44,787 nt of DNA, taken from IMG/VR virus record IMGVR_UViG_3300031965_000057, positions 1 through 44,787 of that record; one strand, given 5' to 3'. Positions 27,042-36,140 of the stretch are shown here, piece by piece; the stretch's first letter is position 1, and the number at the start of each line of letters is the position of its first letter. Made by a program: the position numbers and the translations under genes. The notes under the pieces were generated by a model that saw only the letters and a list, made by a program, of their open reading frames with translations, had not been told where the DNA came from and searched no databases. This DNA comes from a virus. Lineage: Duplodnaviria > Caudoviricetes.

Positions 27042-27084
27042 TGCAGGCGCTCCTGAGTTTCAGGGCGCCGTGCGTCGTGATCGG

Positions 27085-27999
27085 TTAATGGCCGGCGAAT
27101 GCCTGTTGAAGATCATCTTCCCACTGACGGGACTCTTCGGCTTCGGTCAGGGTTACCGGCTGCTCGTTCGGACGCGCGGCGCTTTTTGAAGCTACACGTG
27201 CGCCCTTCGTGGACGTAGAAGGTCTGGTGGATGGCTGGGGGTTGGGCTTGACGGACTTACGGGCCTTGATCCGATCCACGGCCGCTTCTGCGAGGTCGTG
27301 AATCTTGCCCGCGACGTAGGACACTTTCTGGTCGTCCGGCGCGTTGGGGAATCGGCGGTCGGCCGCATCCCATGCTTTCGCGACGGCCTTGGCATACCAG
27401 CCCGCGAGTTCCGGGTACTGGCGATCGAAGCTGATCTCGGCCTGCTGTTCAGCCTGCCGCTGCTTGATCTGCGCCAGTTCCTGCCGGAGAGAATCGTCGG
27501 GCTTGCCCTGCTGGGTGAGCAAGCGCTTGGCCAGTTTGTAGATCGTCGAGTCGGTCCCGTACTCCGACGCCAGTTCCGTCAACTGGGCCTGGGCGTCGTC
27601 CTGGACTTGCTCGACAGCTTTCTGCTGAGTTGCCGACGTGGGCTTCTCGGCCAGCTTCTGGAGCAAATGGTCCTGACGTTCCAACAGCTTCGTCAGATTG
27701 GCCAGTTGATATCCCTGCTGCTCGACCTTCTTGGCGAGATTGGCCTTGTCCGGCTCGGCATTCGGTTCAGCGGGTTCTTCATCAGCCGGTTCTTCTCCCT
27801 CCTCCATGAAGGGATCGAACTCGGCGTCTTCAGTTTCCGCTGGCTTGTCGTCGACCGTGGGCTTCGTGGGTTCTGCCGGTGTGAATCGTCCCGCTTCATC
27901 GCGGGGCGTCTCACCTGTCGGCACGCCAAGCTCCGCCGCCATTTCAGCTTCCAGCGCTTCGTCGTGTTGCGTCGTGTCCGTTGTTGCTGTTTCAGCCAT
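27085..27999 (-). CDS. Capsid scaffolding protein
   Basis: Acidic N-terminus with RDEAGRF motif, coiled coil, located between portal and capsid genes. Confidence 0.8.
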   Translation of the reverse strand: MAETATTDTTQHDEALEAEMAAELGVPTGETPRDEAGRFTPAEPTKPTVDDKPAETEDAEFDPFMEEGEEPADEEPAEPNAEPDKANLAKKVEQQGYQLANLTKLLERQDHLLQKLAEKPTSATQQKAVEQVQDDAQAQLTELASEYGTDSTIYKLAKRLLTQQGKPDDSLRQELAQIKQRQAEQQAEISFDRQYPELAGWYAKAVAKAWDAADRRFPNAPDDQKVSYVAGKIHDLAEAAVDRIKARKSVKPNPQPSTRPSTSTKGARVASKSAARPNEQPVTLTEAEESRQWEDDLQQAFAGH

Positions 28000-28160
28000 T
28001 GTCTAGACCCTTGCGTCTCGCTCAGTTGCCGGACCAGCCGTCGCCCTTAACCTGCCTTGCGGCTCAGTGGGTTCGGGATGTCCCGTCATTAACCTGCATC
28101 ACTCAGGGCTTACTGCCCGCCGGGGAACGTCCTCGGACGGGTGAAAGGTGCAATCCGCAA

Positions 28161-30275
28161 TCAAGCGGCCTGCGCCATCGGTGGTTGCTGTTGCGGCTGC
28201 ATCGCCGCCGCTTCCGCGTGTAGTCTATCCAGAACTTCATCGGAATCATAATCCAACTTCTCCAGCGCCGTCTGCAAGTCGATCAGGCCGGCCTGCCGAT
28301 CGGCCCGGACCTGATCCTGCCGCTGGCGCTTCACCTCACCGCTTCCGCTCACCACTTCCACCTTCACGTCGATGTCAAGTTGCTTGGCCCGCTGGCGGAT
28401 CACGTCCAGAACCTCCAGCGGATACTTGTCGTTCATCTTCTTCCATTGCGGCAGGCGCAACCAGCCGCGCTGGCACATGGCGTGGATGCGCAGCCGGGTC
28501 AGTCGCGTCAGCATAGCCTCAGTATTGGTGCTCTTGAAACCGATGATGCCGCGCGCCGCCTGCTGCAACGATTCGATCGCCACGCCGCTGGAATCGCTGC
28601 TGGGCGGGCGGCCTTGCAGCACGCCGGTGTTGCCGCTCAGTACGTCGTGAAGTTGCAGCATTTCCTTCAACAGTTCCATCGCCTGCTGGGGGAACGGCGA
28701 CGGTTCGAGATAGAACCCGCGCCCGCCCGCGAGGATGTTCTTATACTTGTCGTAGAGCGTCCCGTCGATGTGCATCAGCCGATTCGGATGCGAGTTCATC
28801 ACCTCGCGCTGCCCCTTGAGCGCTTCCCACACATCGTCCGGCATCAGCAACTGCGGGCTTCGGTTGAACTTCACGATGTCGTACAGGCTGGATGCGAGTT
28901 TCATTATCAACCGGTCCAGCCACTCCAATCGCTCCGGCTCGCCCTGGCCCACCCAGCGGAACGGGATCGGGATGTTGCGGTTGCCGACGATCGGGATGTC
29001 CCAGTAGGAGCACTCGACGGATTCTATCTCCGTCTCGGCGCAGATGACCGTCTGCTTCACGCCCGACCGCATCGGCCAGTTCTTTGCTTTGGGGTTCGTC
29101 AGTTGCCGATCGTCGTCCTCATCGTAAACGTAGAACGCGCCGTCCTCGATCTCAACGCGGCCTGCGTCCAGCGCTTCGTCCGGCGACATGGGGTAACGCT
29201 GCCCGCGCTCCCACATCGTCCACACGTCGATCATGTTGCGACGGAACGTCGTCTCGCTCCACGGCCCGCCGATCTCGTACCTGCCGCCGAACGCGGCGCC
29301 GGGCGTCCCGCTGCCCTCGTCGCCGATATACGCCTCGATCTTCTTCTTGAATTGCGGGTAGCGCGTGATGGCCTGGGAACTGCTCATCGGCTCGCGCAGA
29401 ATCGCGTAGTCCGCATCCTCAATGCAGGTCGCCTCCGGCGGCAACCACAGATGGCGAGGATGGATGTTAATGAGCGAATCGGTGCCGTCCTCCGGGTTGA
29501 ACTGATACAGAGCGAACTGCCAGCCGACGATGTTGCACAGGTGGATGTTGTCAAACAGCCAGCGTGAATTGTTGCCCTTGTCCCACAGAATGTCGCAGTT
29601 GTTTTTGATGACATCCGAAGTCATCTCATCGTTGATCTCAACGATGTCCGTGGGTTTCAGCACGGGGTTCATCATCTGCGGCTGGCCGGAGAGGGGATCA
29701 GGTTGCAGGCTCTGCCATTCGGCCATGAGCGGTTGAATGCGCTGCAAAAACGATTCGGTGACCTCGAACGCGCGCTGCTTCGGGTTCGCCGCCAGTTGCT
29801 CAAACTCGAAACCCTGCATGTCAACAGGTGTGACGGCGGATTCCGGCGAAGCGGACATGTCCGGCCCCATCACCTCATCGGCCAGCGCCTGGCCCTCCAC
29901 GTCCATCGCCGCGCCGGGATCGTCCTCGAGTGCGATGTGTCCCTGCTCGGCCAGCGCCTGAATGGTCAAGAGCGCTTTACTGATGATCCAGAACTGACCG
30001 CCACGGCCACGTTCCCGCGCCGAAAGACCGACATAGGGGTCCTGCTCGGTCTGCACCTGCGTCTGCGTCATGCAGGCAGGTTGCGTTTTGTTGATGATGA
30101 AACAGGAGTGACCGTTTTTCGTCTCATTCAGCACGTCATCGCCGAACGATCCGAGGTACTGCGAGTTGTTCAGATCGGCCCGTGCGATGTACTGCGCACG
30201 CGCCTGATCGGCTTCCTGAAGGTAGTCGAACATGCGCGTGACTGCATCTTCGCGGGTTGTGGCGGTCTCTGCCAT
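28161..30275 (-). CDS. Portal protein (P22-like)
   Basis: SQYLG, IINKTQP, WGQGEPERL-like stem (WVGQGEPERL), LSGNTGVLQG...SGVAIESLQQAA, Q/P/M-rich tail. Confidence 0.88.
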   Translation of the reverse strand: MAETATTREDAVTRMFDYLQEADQARAQYIARADLNNSQYLGSFGDDVLNETKNGHSCFIINKTQPACMTQTQVQTEQDPYVGLSARERGRGGQFWIISKALLTIQALAEQGHIALEDDPGAAMDVEGQALADEVMGPDMSASPESAVTPVDMQGFEFEQLAANPKQRAFEVTESFLQRIQPLMAEWQSLQPDPLSGQPQMMNPVLKPTDIVEINDEMTSDVIKNNCDILWDKGNNSRWLFDNIHLCNIVGWQFALYQFNPEDGTDSLINIHPRHLWLPPEATCIEDADYAILREPMSSSQAITRYPQFKKKIEAYIGDEGSGTPGAAFGGRYEIGGPWSETTFRRNMIDVWTMWERGQRYPMSPDEALDAGRVEIEDGAFYVYDEDDDRQLTNPKAKNWPMRSGVKQTVICAETEIESVECSYWDIPIVGNRNIPIPFRWVGQGEPERLEWLDRLIMKLASSLYDIVKFNRSPQLLMPDDVWEALKGQREVMNSHPNRLMHIDGTLYDKYKNILAGGRGFYLEPSPFPQQAMELLKEMLQLHDVLSGNTGVLQGRPPSSDSSGVAIESLQQAARGIIGFKSTNTEAMLTRLTRLRIHAMCQRGWLRLPQWKKMNDKYPLEVLDVIRQRAKQLDIDVKVEVVSGSGEVKRQRQDQVRADRQAGLIDLQTALEKLDYDSDEVLDRLHAEAAAMQPQQQPPMAQAA

Positions 30276-30286
30276 CGGTGATGAAT

Positions 30287-30889
30287 CTAACCTGCCTGTT
30301 CGCCATTGGTCAAGTCGGCGCCGATCAATTCGCTGCTTTTGCCGGGCGTCTTGGCGCTCTGATTGTCATGGGTGCGAAGGACGTTGACCAGATGATGCTT
30401 CTGCAACGGCTGCGCGCCTGCGCCTGATCCCCTGACGAAAACAGACGGGCCGGACTGGTAGACGTTGATCCCGCGTCGGGCGCATTCGGTAATCAGATCG
30501 CCAATTTCCATCTGATCGTAACTGAGGCGATTACCGCCCACGATCGGCGTCATCATCCGATCGCCTTCGTTGGCGACTTCGGGTTTAAGTTTAATGAACA
30601 AGCGGACCTTGCCCCTGACTTCCTTACAGTCCACTTCCTGGCCATCCCAGCCGGCCAGCCAGTTGTGTTCGGCCTCCACCTGCCCGCGCATGCGAAGCTG
30701 GGCGCCATCGGCGGCGAGCATGATTTCCAGATCGCTCGTTCTCACCACGGCGATCGTGGGATCGCTGAGCATGGCGTCCTTCCACGGCTGGCAGTCGGTC
30801 GCAACCTCAATGATCGGCGTGCCGCCTTCGCCGCGCGTGACCTGGAACTGGACTTCGGGATTGCCGGGAATGTTAGTGGTGACTCGCAT
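30287..30889 (-). CDS. Hypothetical protein with a C-terminal SAP/HeH-like motif
   Basis: YDQMEIGDLITECARRGINV; AGGAG ribosome-binding site. Confidence 0.6.
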   Translation of the reverse strand: MRVTTNIPGNPEVQFQVTRGEGGTPIIEVATDCQPWKDAMLSDPTIAVVRTSDLEIMLAADGAQLRMRGQVEAEHNWLAGWDGQEVDCKEVRGKVRLFIKLKPEVANEGDRMMTPIVGGNRLSYDQMEIGDLITECARRGINVYQSGPSVFVRGSGAGAQPLQKHHLVNVLRTHDNQSAKTPGKSSELIGADLTNGEQAG

Positions 30890-31061
30890 GGACTGGCTCC
30901 TGCTTGTATTCCTGCCTGATCTTCCGCATGAACACCATCACGCCGAGCGCTTCTTTCTTCTCGCCGCTCAGGGTCATCTGGTGCAACAATTCTTCGCCCA
31001 TGATGAGAATGTCATGGACGACGGATTGCTCGATGATGTCGGGGGGTTGCGGTTTGCTCAT
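30873..31061 (-). CDS. Hypothetical protein
   Basis: ATGA-coupled ORF. Confidence 0.6.
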   Translation of the reverse strand: MSKPQPPDIIEQSVVHDILIMGEELLHQMTLSGEKKEALGVMVFMRKIRQEYKQEPVHASHH

Positions 31062-31405
31062 ACCCGGCCCCTTGACGCGCGCGGCGATGACGGTGCGGGC
31101 GTCGGAGATTCGTCGTCGACCTTCACGCCCATCATGCGGCCGACCTCTTGTCTGGCTTGGCGCATCAGCGAATCCTGCTCCCGCTCCCGCGCTTTTTTCA
31201 TATCGTCCAGCACCTGAAAGATCGCCTGGACGTGAGGCTCCAGCAAAGCCTGACGCTTCTCCACTTCGTCAAGACGATCATGTGCCTCAGCATCGCGTGC
31301 GCTGTCGCGATTGGATGCGCGTTTCCAGCCTTCGCGAAAGCCCAGGATGACGGAGATAACAGAGACCAGTGCGCCGACCAATATGTAGCCGATAAACTCA
31401 ATCAC
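31058..31405 (-). CDS. Membrane-anchored coiled-coil protein
   Basis: GTG start; N-terminal TM IEFIGYILVGALVSVISVILGF. Confidence 0.6.
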   Translation of the reverse strand: MIEFIGYILVGALVSVISVILGFREGWKRASNRDSARDAEAHDRLDEVEKRQALLEPHVQAIFQVLDDMKKAREREQDSLMRQARQEVGRMMGVKVDDESPTPAPSSPRASRGRV

Positions 31406-31631
31406 GTCGCTTCTCCCATTCGTCGCGCAACGCCTGCGCGATTTGGTAAAGCTCAGAGAATGAATGCTGTTCTTCCAGATCAAAATCCGTGGCGACGCAG
31501 TTGGCGACATCACTGATAATCTTGATCCTGTAGCCCAGCAGTTCCGCGTGGCAGTTGGGATACCACTCCTTCATCAGATCGACGAGGACCTTTGCGGACT
31601 GAGCGGTGTTGTGTTGGACATCACAACTCAT
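31398..31631 (-). CDS. Hypothetical protein
   Basis: TAATG-coupled start at 31631. Confidence 0.55.
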   Translation of the reverse strand: MSCDVQHNTAQSAKVLVDLMKEWYPNCHAELLGYRIKIISDVANCVATDFDLEEQHSFSELYQIAQALRDEWEKRRD

Positions 31632-32158
31632 TATTGAGGCACCATGTTGTCCTGCCACCCGGACTTCTGAATCTCATCCGACACGCTGGGGCCGGCGGCG
31701 CCGGTCTTGTGGAAGTCACGCGGATTCGTGACCGAGTGCAGCAGCCGATTGCCCATGAACTCGATGATCCGCTTGCGCTCCGATTCCTTGCCCATGTCCT
31801 CGACCGACACCGCCATCTGCAACTTCAACGGCGCATGCTGGCACGTCGCAGTGAATACAACGCCCTTCTCGGCTCGATCGCCGCATTCGACGAGTCCGTG
31901 GTAGAAACCAGCCTCCAGACGAGCGTAGCCCGTGACGGCGGTATTGGTCGGGTCCGCGAACAGCGCCACCACCGCGCCGAACAGGTAATCGCCGACCTTG
32001 TGTCGTCCATACTGGGCCTTGTACGCCAGCGGCTTGCCGCCCGCGACCACTTCGAGAATCTTCTTGCAGACGACAAGCTCGGTCGGCCACGATAATTCCT
32101 GCGCTCGGATGTTGGCGGGAGACATCGGCTTCGGGGCTTTGGAGAAGAATGGAAACAT
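31631..32158 (-). CDS. Hypothetical protein
   Basis: ATG 2 nt after the terminase stop; coding-like. Confidence 0.65.
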   Translation of the reverse strand: MFPFFSKAPKPMSPANIRAQELSWPTELVVCKKILEVVAGGKPLAYKAQYGRHKVGDYLFGAVVALFADPTNTAVTGYARLEAGFYHGLVECGDRAEKGVVFTATCQHAPLKLQMAVSVEDMGKESERKRIIEFMGNRLLHSVTNPRDFHKTGAAGPSVSDEIQKSGWQDNMVPQ

Positions 32159-32160
32159 GG

Positions 32161-33774
32161 TCAGGCACTCTTGCGGTGATGCACGGGGCTGCTCCGCAGC
32201 AGGTACATGATCGACGCGCATCCGTGGTCGTTCTTGCGTTCGTACCGATCTTCCGGGTCGGGCACGCGGTCCTTGTTCTCCTTGTACCGCCACGTCATCA
32301 TATCGCGCCGATGATATCTGCAACCGTCGAACAGGAAAAACCGCAATTGCTCAAGGTTACGGCGCACCAACTCGACTCCGCCGTGCTTGTTGGCCTTCAC
32401 CGGAACCACGGCCGGAAATCCGCAGCGCCAGAACTCTTCAATCAGCCGCCCGCCGTCCGATTGGTCGGTGTCCAGCGCATCCACCGGCACGCCGCCGGGG
32501 AAGATCACCGCCCACTGGCGGCGCACGAAATCCGCCACCGGCCGGTCGACCTCGGTCTTCTTCCCGTATTGATCCGTGCGCGGCAGGTTGAACTCGGCGC
32601 GTAACGCCAGGAACAATTCATCTTCCGTGCCCCAGCGCCCGCACGACAGGGGCCGGAACGTGTTGACCATCGACCACAGCCGCGTGCAGCAGTCGAACAC
32701 CGTCGTCTCGTTGTCGTACTCTTCGGCGATGCCGAACACCTGCTCGTTGGGTGCCACAGTCGCCAGCAGGAAGGCGTGATCGTTGCGATAGCCCCAGTCG
32801 CCCGCCATGTAGAGCGGCCATTGACTGGGCGGCTTGAACGGCTGGACGACGTGGACTTCGGGGTCGAACTCCTTGAACACCACGCCCTGAAACGCGGCTG
32901 GCTTACCGAGTCCGCGCAGCTTCCACTCGTTGACTGTCATTGTGCCGCGTCCGCCCAGCGCGGTCGGCATCTCGTTGTGCACAAAGCCCGGTGCCAGGTT
33001 GTGTTGATTCTCAAGGACCGTGGCCTCTGTGTAATGGACTTTGCTGCCAGGCAGATTCGCCTCTTCCCTGAACATCGCGTGCCAACCTTCGCAGGGGAAG
33101 TAGTCCATCAGGCCGAATCCGCCCTGCCTCATGCGCGGTTCCAGAGCATGAAGAATGGCCTCGCGTCGACACTCGGTCCACAGCCAGCCTGAACACGTCT
33201 CGGATTCATATTCCTGAATGTCCTGATTTTCAGTCTTGGGCCAAAGCTCGATCGTGCCGCGATCGTTGGGCAGAATCAACGTGATGGCGGTTGGAAGGTT
33301 CTGTTGAGGATGATAGGACCACGAGCCGAACATGCTGCGCGGCAGAAGCTGCCAGATGGTGCGCAACGGCACGCCCTTGATAGAGTCGATCGTTGAAGCG
33401 ATCAGCCAGAACACCTGTCCATTCAGCGCGTGATCGCGCAAGTGCTGGCAGAACTTCACGAAGGTGCCGATGGTCTTGCCCGCGGCGTTGGCGGCCACAT
33501 AGGCGAAGATCAGCTTGCGCTGCTTTTCCGGGATGGTGGCGTCGTAGACATGCGCATCGAACACATCCCAAAAGTTAAGTTGCTTTGGACCGGCCCCGGT
33601 CAGGCCGCCGTCCTCCTTGGCGATGCCGGGATTCAGACTCGGCCGCATGTAGGATTCGATGATCCCGGCAGATGATGTCACAAGGTAAGCGTGTCGCCGC
33701 CAGTTCAGCGGCATCGTTTCCGCTTTCGGGGAGTCGATGGCGTTCCACAGGTCCATGAGTGCCGACTGGTCCAT
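32161..33774 (-). CDS. Terminase large subunit
   Basis: Walker A AANAAGKT, ENQHNL, GVVFKEFDPEVHVVQPF, nuclease AGDWGYRND, NDHGCASIMY. Confidence 0.9.
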   Translation of the reverse strand: MDQSALMDLWNAIDSPKAETMPLNWRRHAYLVTSSAGIIESYMRPSLNPGIAKEDGGLTGAGPKQLNFWDVFDAHVYDATIPEKQRKLIFAYVAANAAGKTIGTFVKFCQHLRDHALNGQVFWLIASTIDSIKGVPLRTIWQLLPRSMFGSWSYHPQQNLPTAITLILPNDRGTIELWPKTENQDIQEYESETCSGWLWTECRREAILHALEPRMRQGGFGLMDYFPCEGWHAMFREEANLPGSKVHYTEATVLENQHNLAPGFVHNEMPTALGGRGTMTVNEWKLRGLGKPAAFQGVVFKEFDPEVHVVQPFKPPSQWPLYMAGDWGYRNDHAFLLATVAPNEQVFGIAEEYDNETTVFDCCTRLWSMVNTFRPLSCGRWGTEDELFLALRAEFNLPRTDQYGKKTEVDRPVADFVRRQWAVIFPGGVPVDALDTDQSDGGRLIEEFWRCGFPAVVPVKANKHGGVELVRRNLEQLRFFLFDGCRYHRRDMMTWRYKENKDRVPDPEDRYERKNDHGCASIMYLLRSSPVHHRKSA

Positions 33775-33780
33775 GATGGG

Positions 33781-34176
33781 TCATTCTTCATTCGGAGGGA
33801 AAACACGAGGCGCTACATCCCGGCGGCGCATCTGATCCAACAGTTCCTTCGCCTCCTCATCCGGCGCCTTCACCACAGTCGTCGTCAGGTTCACCCGTTG
33901 TCCTTCCAGATGACGCTGGTCCTGCATGTCCTGCTCGTGCATCGCCAGCAACATCCGCGTTACGCGCTGAAGAGTGCGCGGCCTGTTCTCCTGGGCGTCC
34001 TCCACGGACTTCAAGAGCCTGACAATCGCGCGCTTCAACCGCTCACGCAACTCCTTGTCAATGTTCCAACGCGCACGCTGGCGCTCGATTTCCTGGAGCG
34101 CGCGGCGACCGTGGCTGTAATCGCTGATCGCCTCGACGATCTGATCCTCAGTGGCTGTGGTCACGTCAATCATCAT
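33781..34176 (-). CDS. Putative terminase small subunit
   Basis: 131-aa helical protein directly upstream of the large subunit. Confidence 0.55.
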   Translation of the reverse strand: MMIDVTTATEDQIVEAISDYSHGRRALQEIERQRARWNIDKELRERLKRAIVRLLKSVEDAQENRPRTLQRVTRMLLAMHEQDMQDQRHLEGQRVNLTTTVVKAPDEEAKELLDQMRRRDVAPRVFPPNEE

Positions 34177-34514
34177 ACGATCCTCACACGCACGCCGATC
34201 TCGCGCGTCTGGCCGCCACCATCGACGTAGATAACGCTGAACACGTAAACAGCGCCCAGCGTTCCGCCGGCCGGCACGATGAACTGTACGCCCTCACCGG
34301 GTTCCACGGTTCGGCCGTTGATGTGAAGAACAACACTGTTGACCTGTCCGCCCGTGGGAGAAAGAGCATCGGCGGTGGACGGCTTCACCGAGTCCTGAGA
34401 CACGGAAGTGACCGACGAAACAGTATCGTCCTGATCCAGAAAGCCGAGCAGGTCGATCTTGGGATGGACGATCTCATTGACCGACTTGTCGAAGGTTTCC
34501 GGACAAAGCAGCAT
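34173..34514 (-). CDS. Small beta-sandwich structural protein (fibre-adaptor-like)
   Basis: DKSVNE...IDLLGFL...VQFIVPAGGTLGAVY...GQTRE pattern. Confidence 0.5.
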   Translation of the reverse strand: MLLCPETFDKSVNEIVHPKIDLLGFLDQDDTVSSVTSVSQDSVKPSTADALSPTGGQVNSVVLHINGRTVEPGEGVQFIVPAGGTLGAVYVFSVIYVDGGGQTREIGVRVRIV

Positions 34515-34762
34515 CAGTGGTCCTCTTCGGGCGCGGTGTAGTGCGGGCGCTTCTTCGGGGTAGTGTAGTGCGGTCGGGCCTCATCCGCCGCGTCTTGCGT
34601 TCTGACGACGTGCGCGGTGAACCAGGCGCGCATCTCATCGGCGGTGAAGTGCGGGCGGGCGAACGGGGCGGTGAACTCGGGGCCTGCTGTGCCCGGCGTC
34701 GTCGTCGTCGCGCCAACACCCGGCTTGATGAACTTGAAGAAAATAGCGGTCGAAGCAATCAT
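34514..34762 (-). CDS. Hypothetical protein with RPH[FY]T repeats
   Basis: TGATG-coupled at both ends; RPHFT, RAWFT, RPHYT, RPHYT. Confidence 0.55.
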   Translation of the reverse strand: MIASTAIFFKFIKPGVGATTTTPGTAGPEFTAPFARPHFTADEMRAWFTAHVVRTQDAADEARPHYTTPKKRPHYTAPEEDH

Positions 34763-36138
34763 CACACACTCACTATGGCGTAGCTCACCCAACCCTTGAA
34801 TCCGCACGTCACCGCGTCAATCTCAAGGTCTTTGTCTGTCGCCAGCTTCCAAATCGGCATGGAAAAGTTGCCGCTGCACGGAACTGAGAAGCCGCCGCGC
34901 TGTGACACTTCCATCACGCCGCTGATCGCTGTGTTGTCCTCATCCTGAAAGGCGATCGACCCGTCGCCGGTATCCGCCGTCCCGCCCCAGCCATAAACCC
35001 AAATCTGCTTGCTGGGCGCTGACGACACCAGCACCTGATCCGCGCCCGCCGCCACGCTGATCGCGGCGTGCCCGTAGCTGTCGATGACCGGATTGCCCGG
35101 CCCCTGAATTGACGCGGGCAGGCTGGTCACGTCCACGTCGCCGATGTCCACGCCGCTGTTAGCGGCCAGCTTGCCGATCGCGTTCGTGCCGGCCGGCAGG
35201 GCCACGTCGGTCGCCAGCACCACGCGCTGGGTTAGCGCCGTCACCACGCCCGATGCACCTTGGACGCCGACCTGCCCGGCGATCGTGTTGACGGCGGCGC
35301 GATTAGTCTCATCCCAATCGTCGATGATCTCGGCCGCGGTCTGGATAGCGGCAAGCGCGGTGTTGGCGGTGTCCTGATTCGCGCTGGTGGATGCGCCGGT
35401 CGGCAACGGCAGACTGGCGGCGCTGATCGGCTGAGTGACGCCCGACCCGTCGACAGTGACCGTGCCGGTAATCGTCACGTCATTGTTCGTGCCCAGGTTG
35501 ACCAACGCGCCATCTGTTGCGTTTCCGGGCGCTCGGTCCCAACCCACCCCGTCAAACAGCAGCCCGAACGATTTGGCCTCCATCAGCCCGGAGAACGTGG
35601 TCATGTCGTCAGTGATGCCGGTGCCTGTGCCTATCACTCGTACCGATACACCGCTGGCGACGCCTTCAATTTTGAGTCCACCGTTCGCGGCAAGAGCGGC
35701 GGGTAGACCGCCGGCAAGCAGCGTGACGATTGAGTCCAGAACGGCGTTGTCGGTTGCGCTCAAATTGGCCGTCACCACACCCGTGCCGTCCGTGGGCAAC
35801 GTCACGCGCACCGCCGTGGCCTCAAGGCCCGCGCCGATCGGTACCGCCGCGCCGCCGAATTGCGTGATGTTGAACCCCGCGCCGGAAATGGCGTTGTCGA
35901 TCAGTTGCAGCGCAGTGAGGGCCGCGCCGTCGATCTGCACCACGAACGTTCCGCCGTTGACAGCCGTGACAGGCAGGGGTGCAGCGGCGGACACCAGCCC
36001 GTCATTCACCCCAGCAGCGCCGAGCATCAGCTTCGTAACACCCACGTCGCCGCTTAGCGCGGCAACGCTGTCCAGCACAAGATCGAATCCAGAGTCGGTC
36101 GTGTCGTCGTTTTTGATGTCGCGCGGTGTCAGTGCCAT
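34762..36138 (-). CDS. Ala/Gly/Thr-rich fibre-like virion protein
   Basis: VDGSGVTQPISAASLPLPTGAST and LPAGTNAIGKLAANSGVDIGDVDV motifs common in phage fibre-like proteins; start at MALTPRD. Confidence 0.65.
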   Translation of the reverse strand: MALTPRDIKNDDTTDSGFDLVLDSVAALSGDVGVTKLMLGAAGVNDGLVSAAAPLPVTAVNGGTFVVQIDGAALTALQLIDNAISGAGFNITQFGGAAVPIGAGLEATAVRVTLPTDGTGVVTANLSATDNAVLDSIVTLLAGGLPAALAANGGLKIEGVASGVSVRVIGTGTGITDDMTTFSGLMEAKSFGLLFDGVGWDRAPGNATDGALVNLGTNNDVTITGTVTVDGSGVTQPISAASLPLPTGASTSANQDTANTALAAIQTAAEIIDDWDETNRAAVNTIAGQVGVQGASGVVTALTQRVVLATDVALPAGTNAIGKLAANSGVDIGDVDVTSLPASIQGPGNPVIDSYGHAAISVAAGADQVLVSSAPSKQIWVYGWGGTADTGDGSIAFQDEDNTAISGVMEVSQRGGFSVPCSGNFSMPIWKLATDKDLEIDAVTCGFKGWVSYAIVSV

Positions 36139-36140
36139 GT

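Noticed and set aside
28000-28160. Self-cleaving ribozyme (hammerhead, pistol or twister) in the portal-scaffold spacer
   Set aside because: CTGAGTGA and TAAGCCCTGAG resemble fragments of the cores, but the matching GAAA or pseudoknot partners are missing. Kept only as a generic structured leader.
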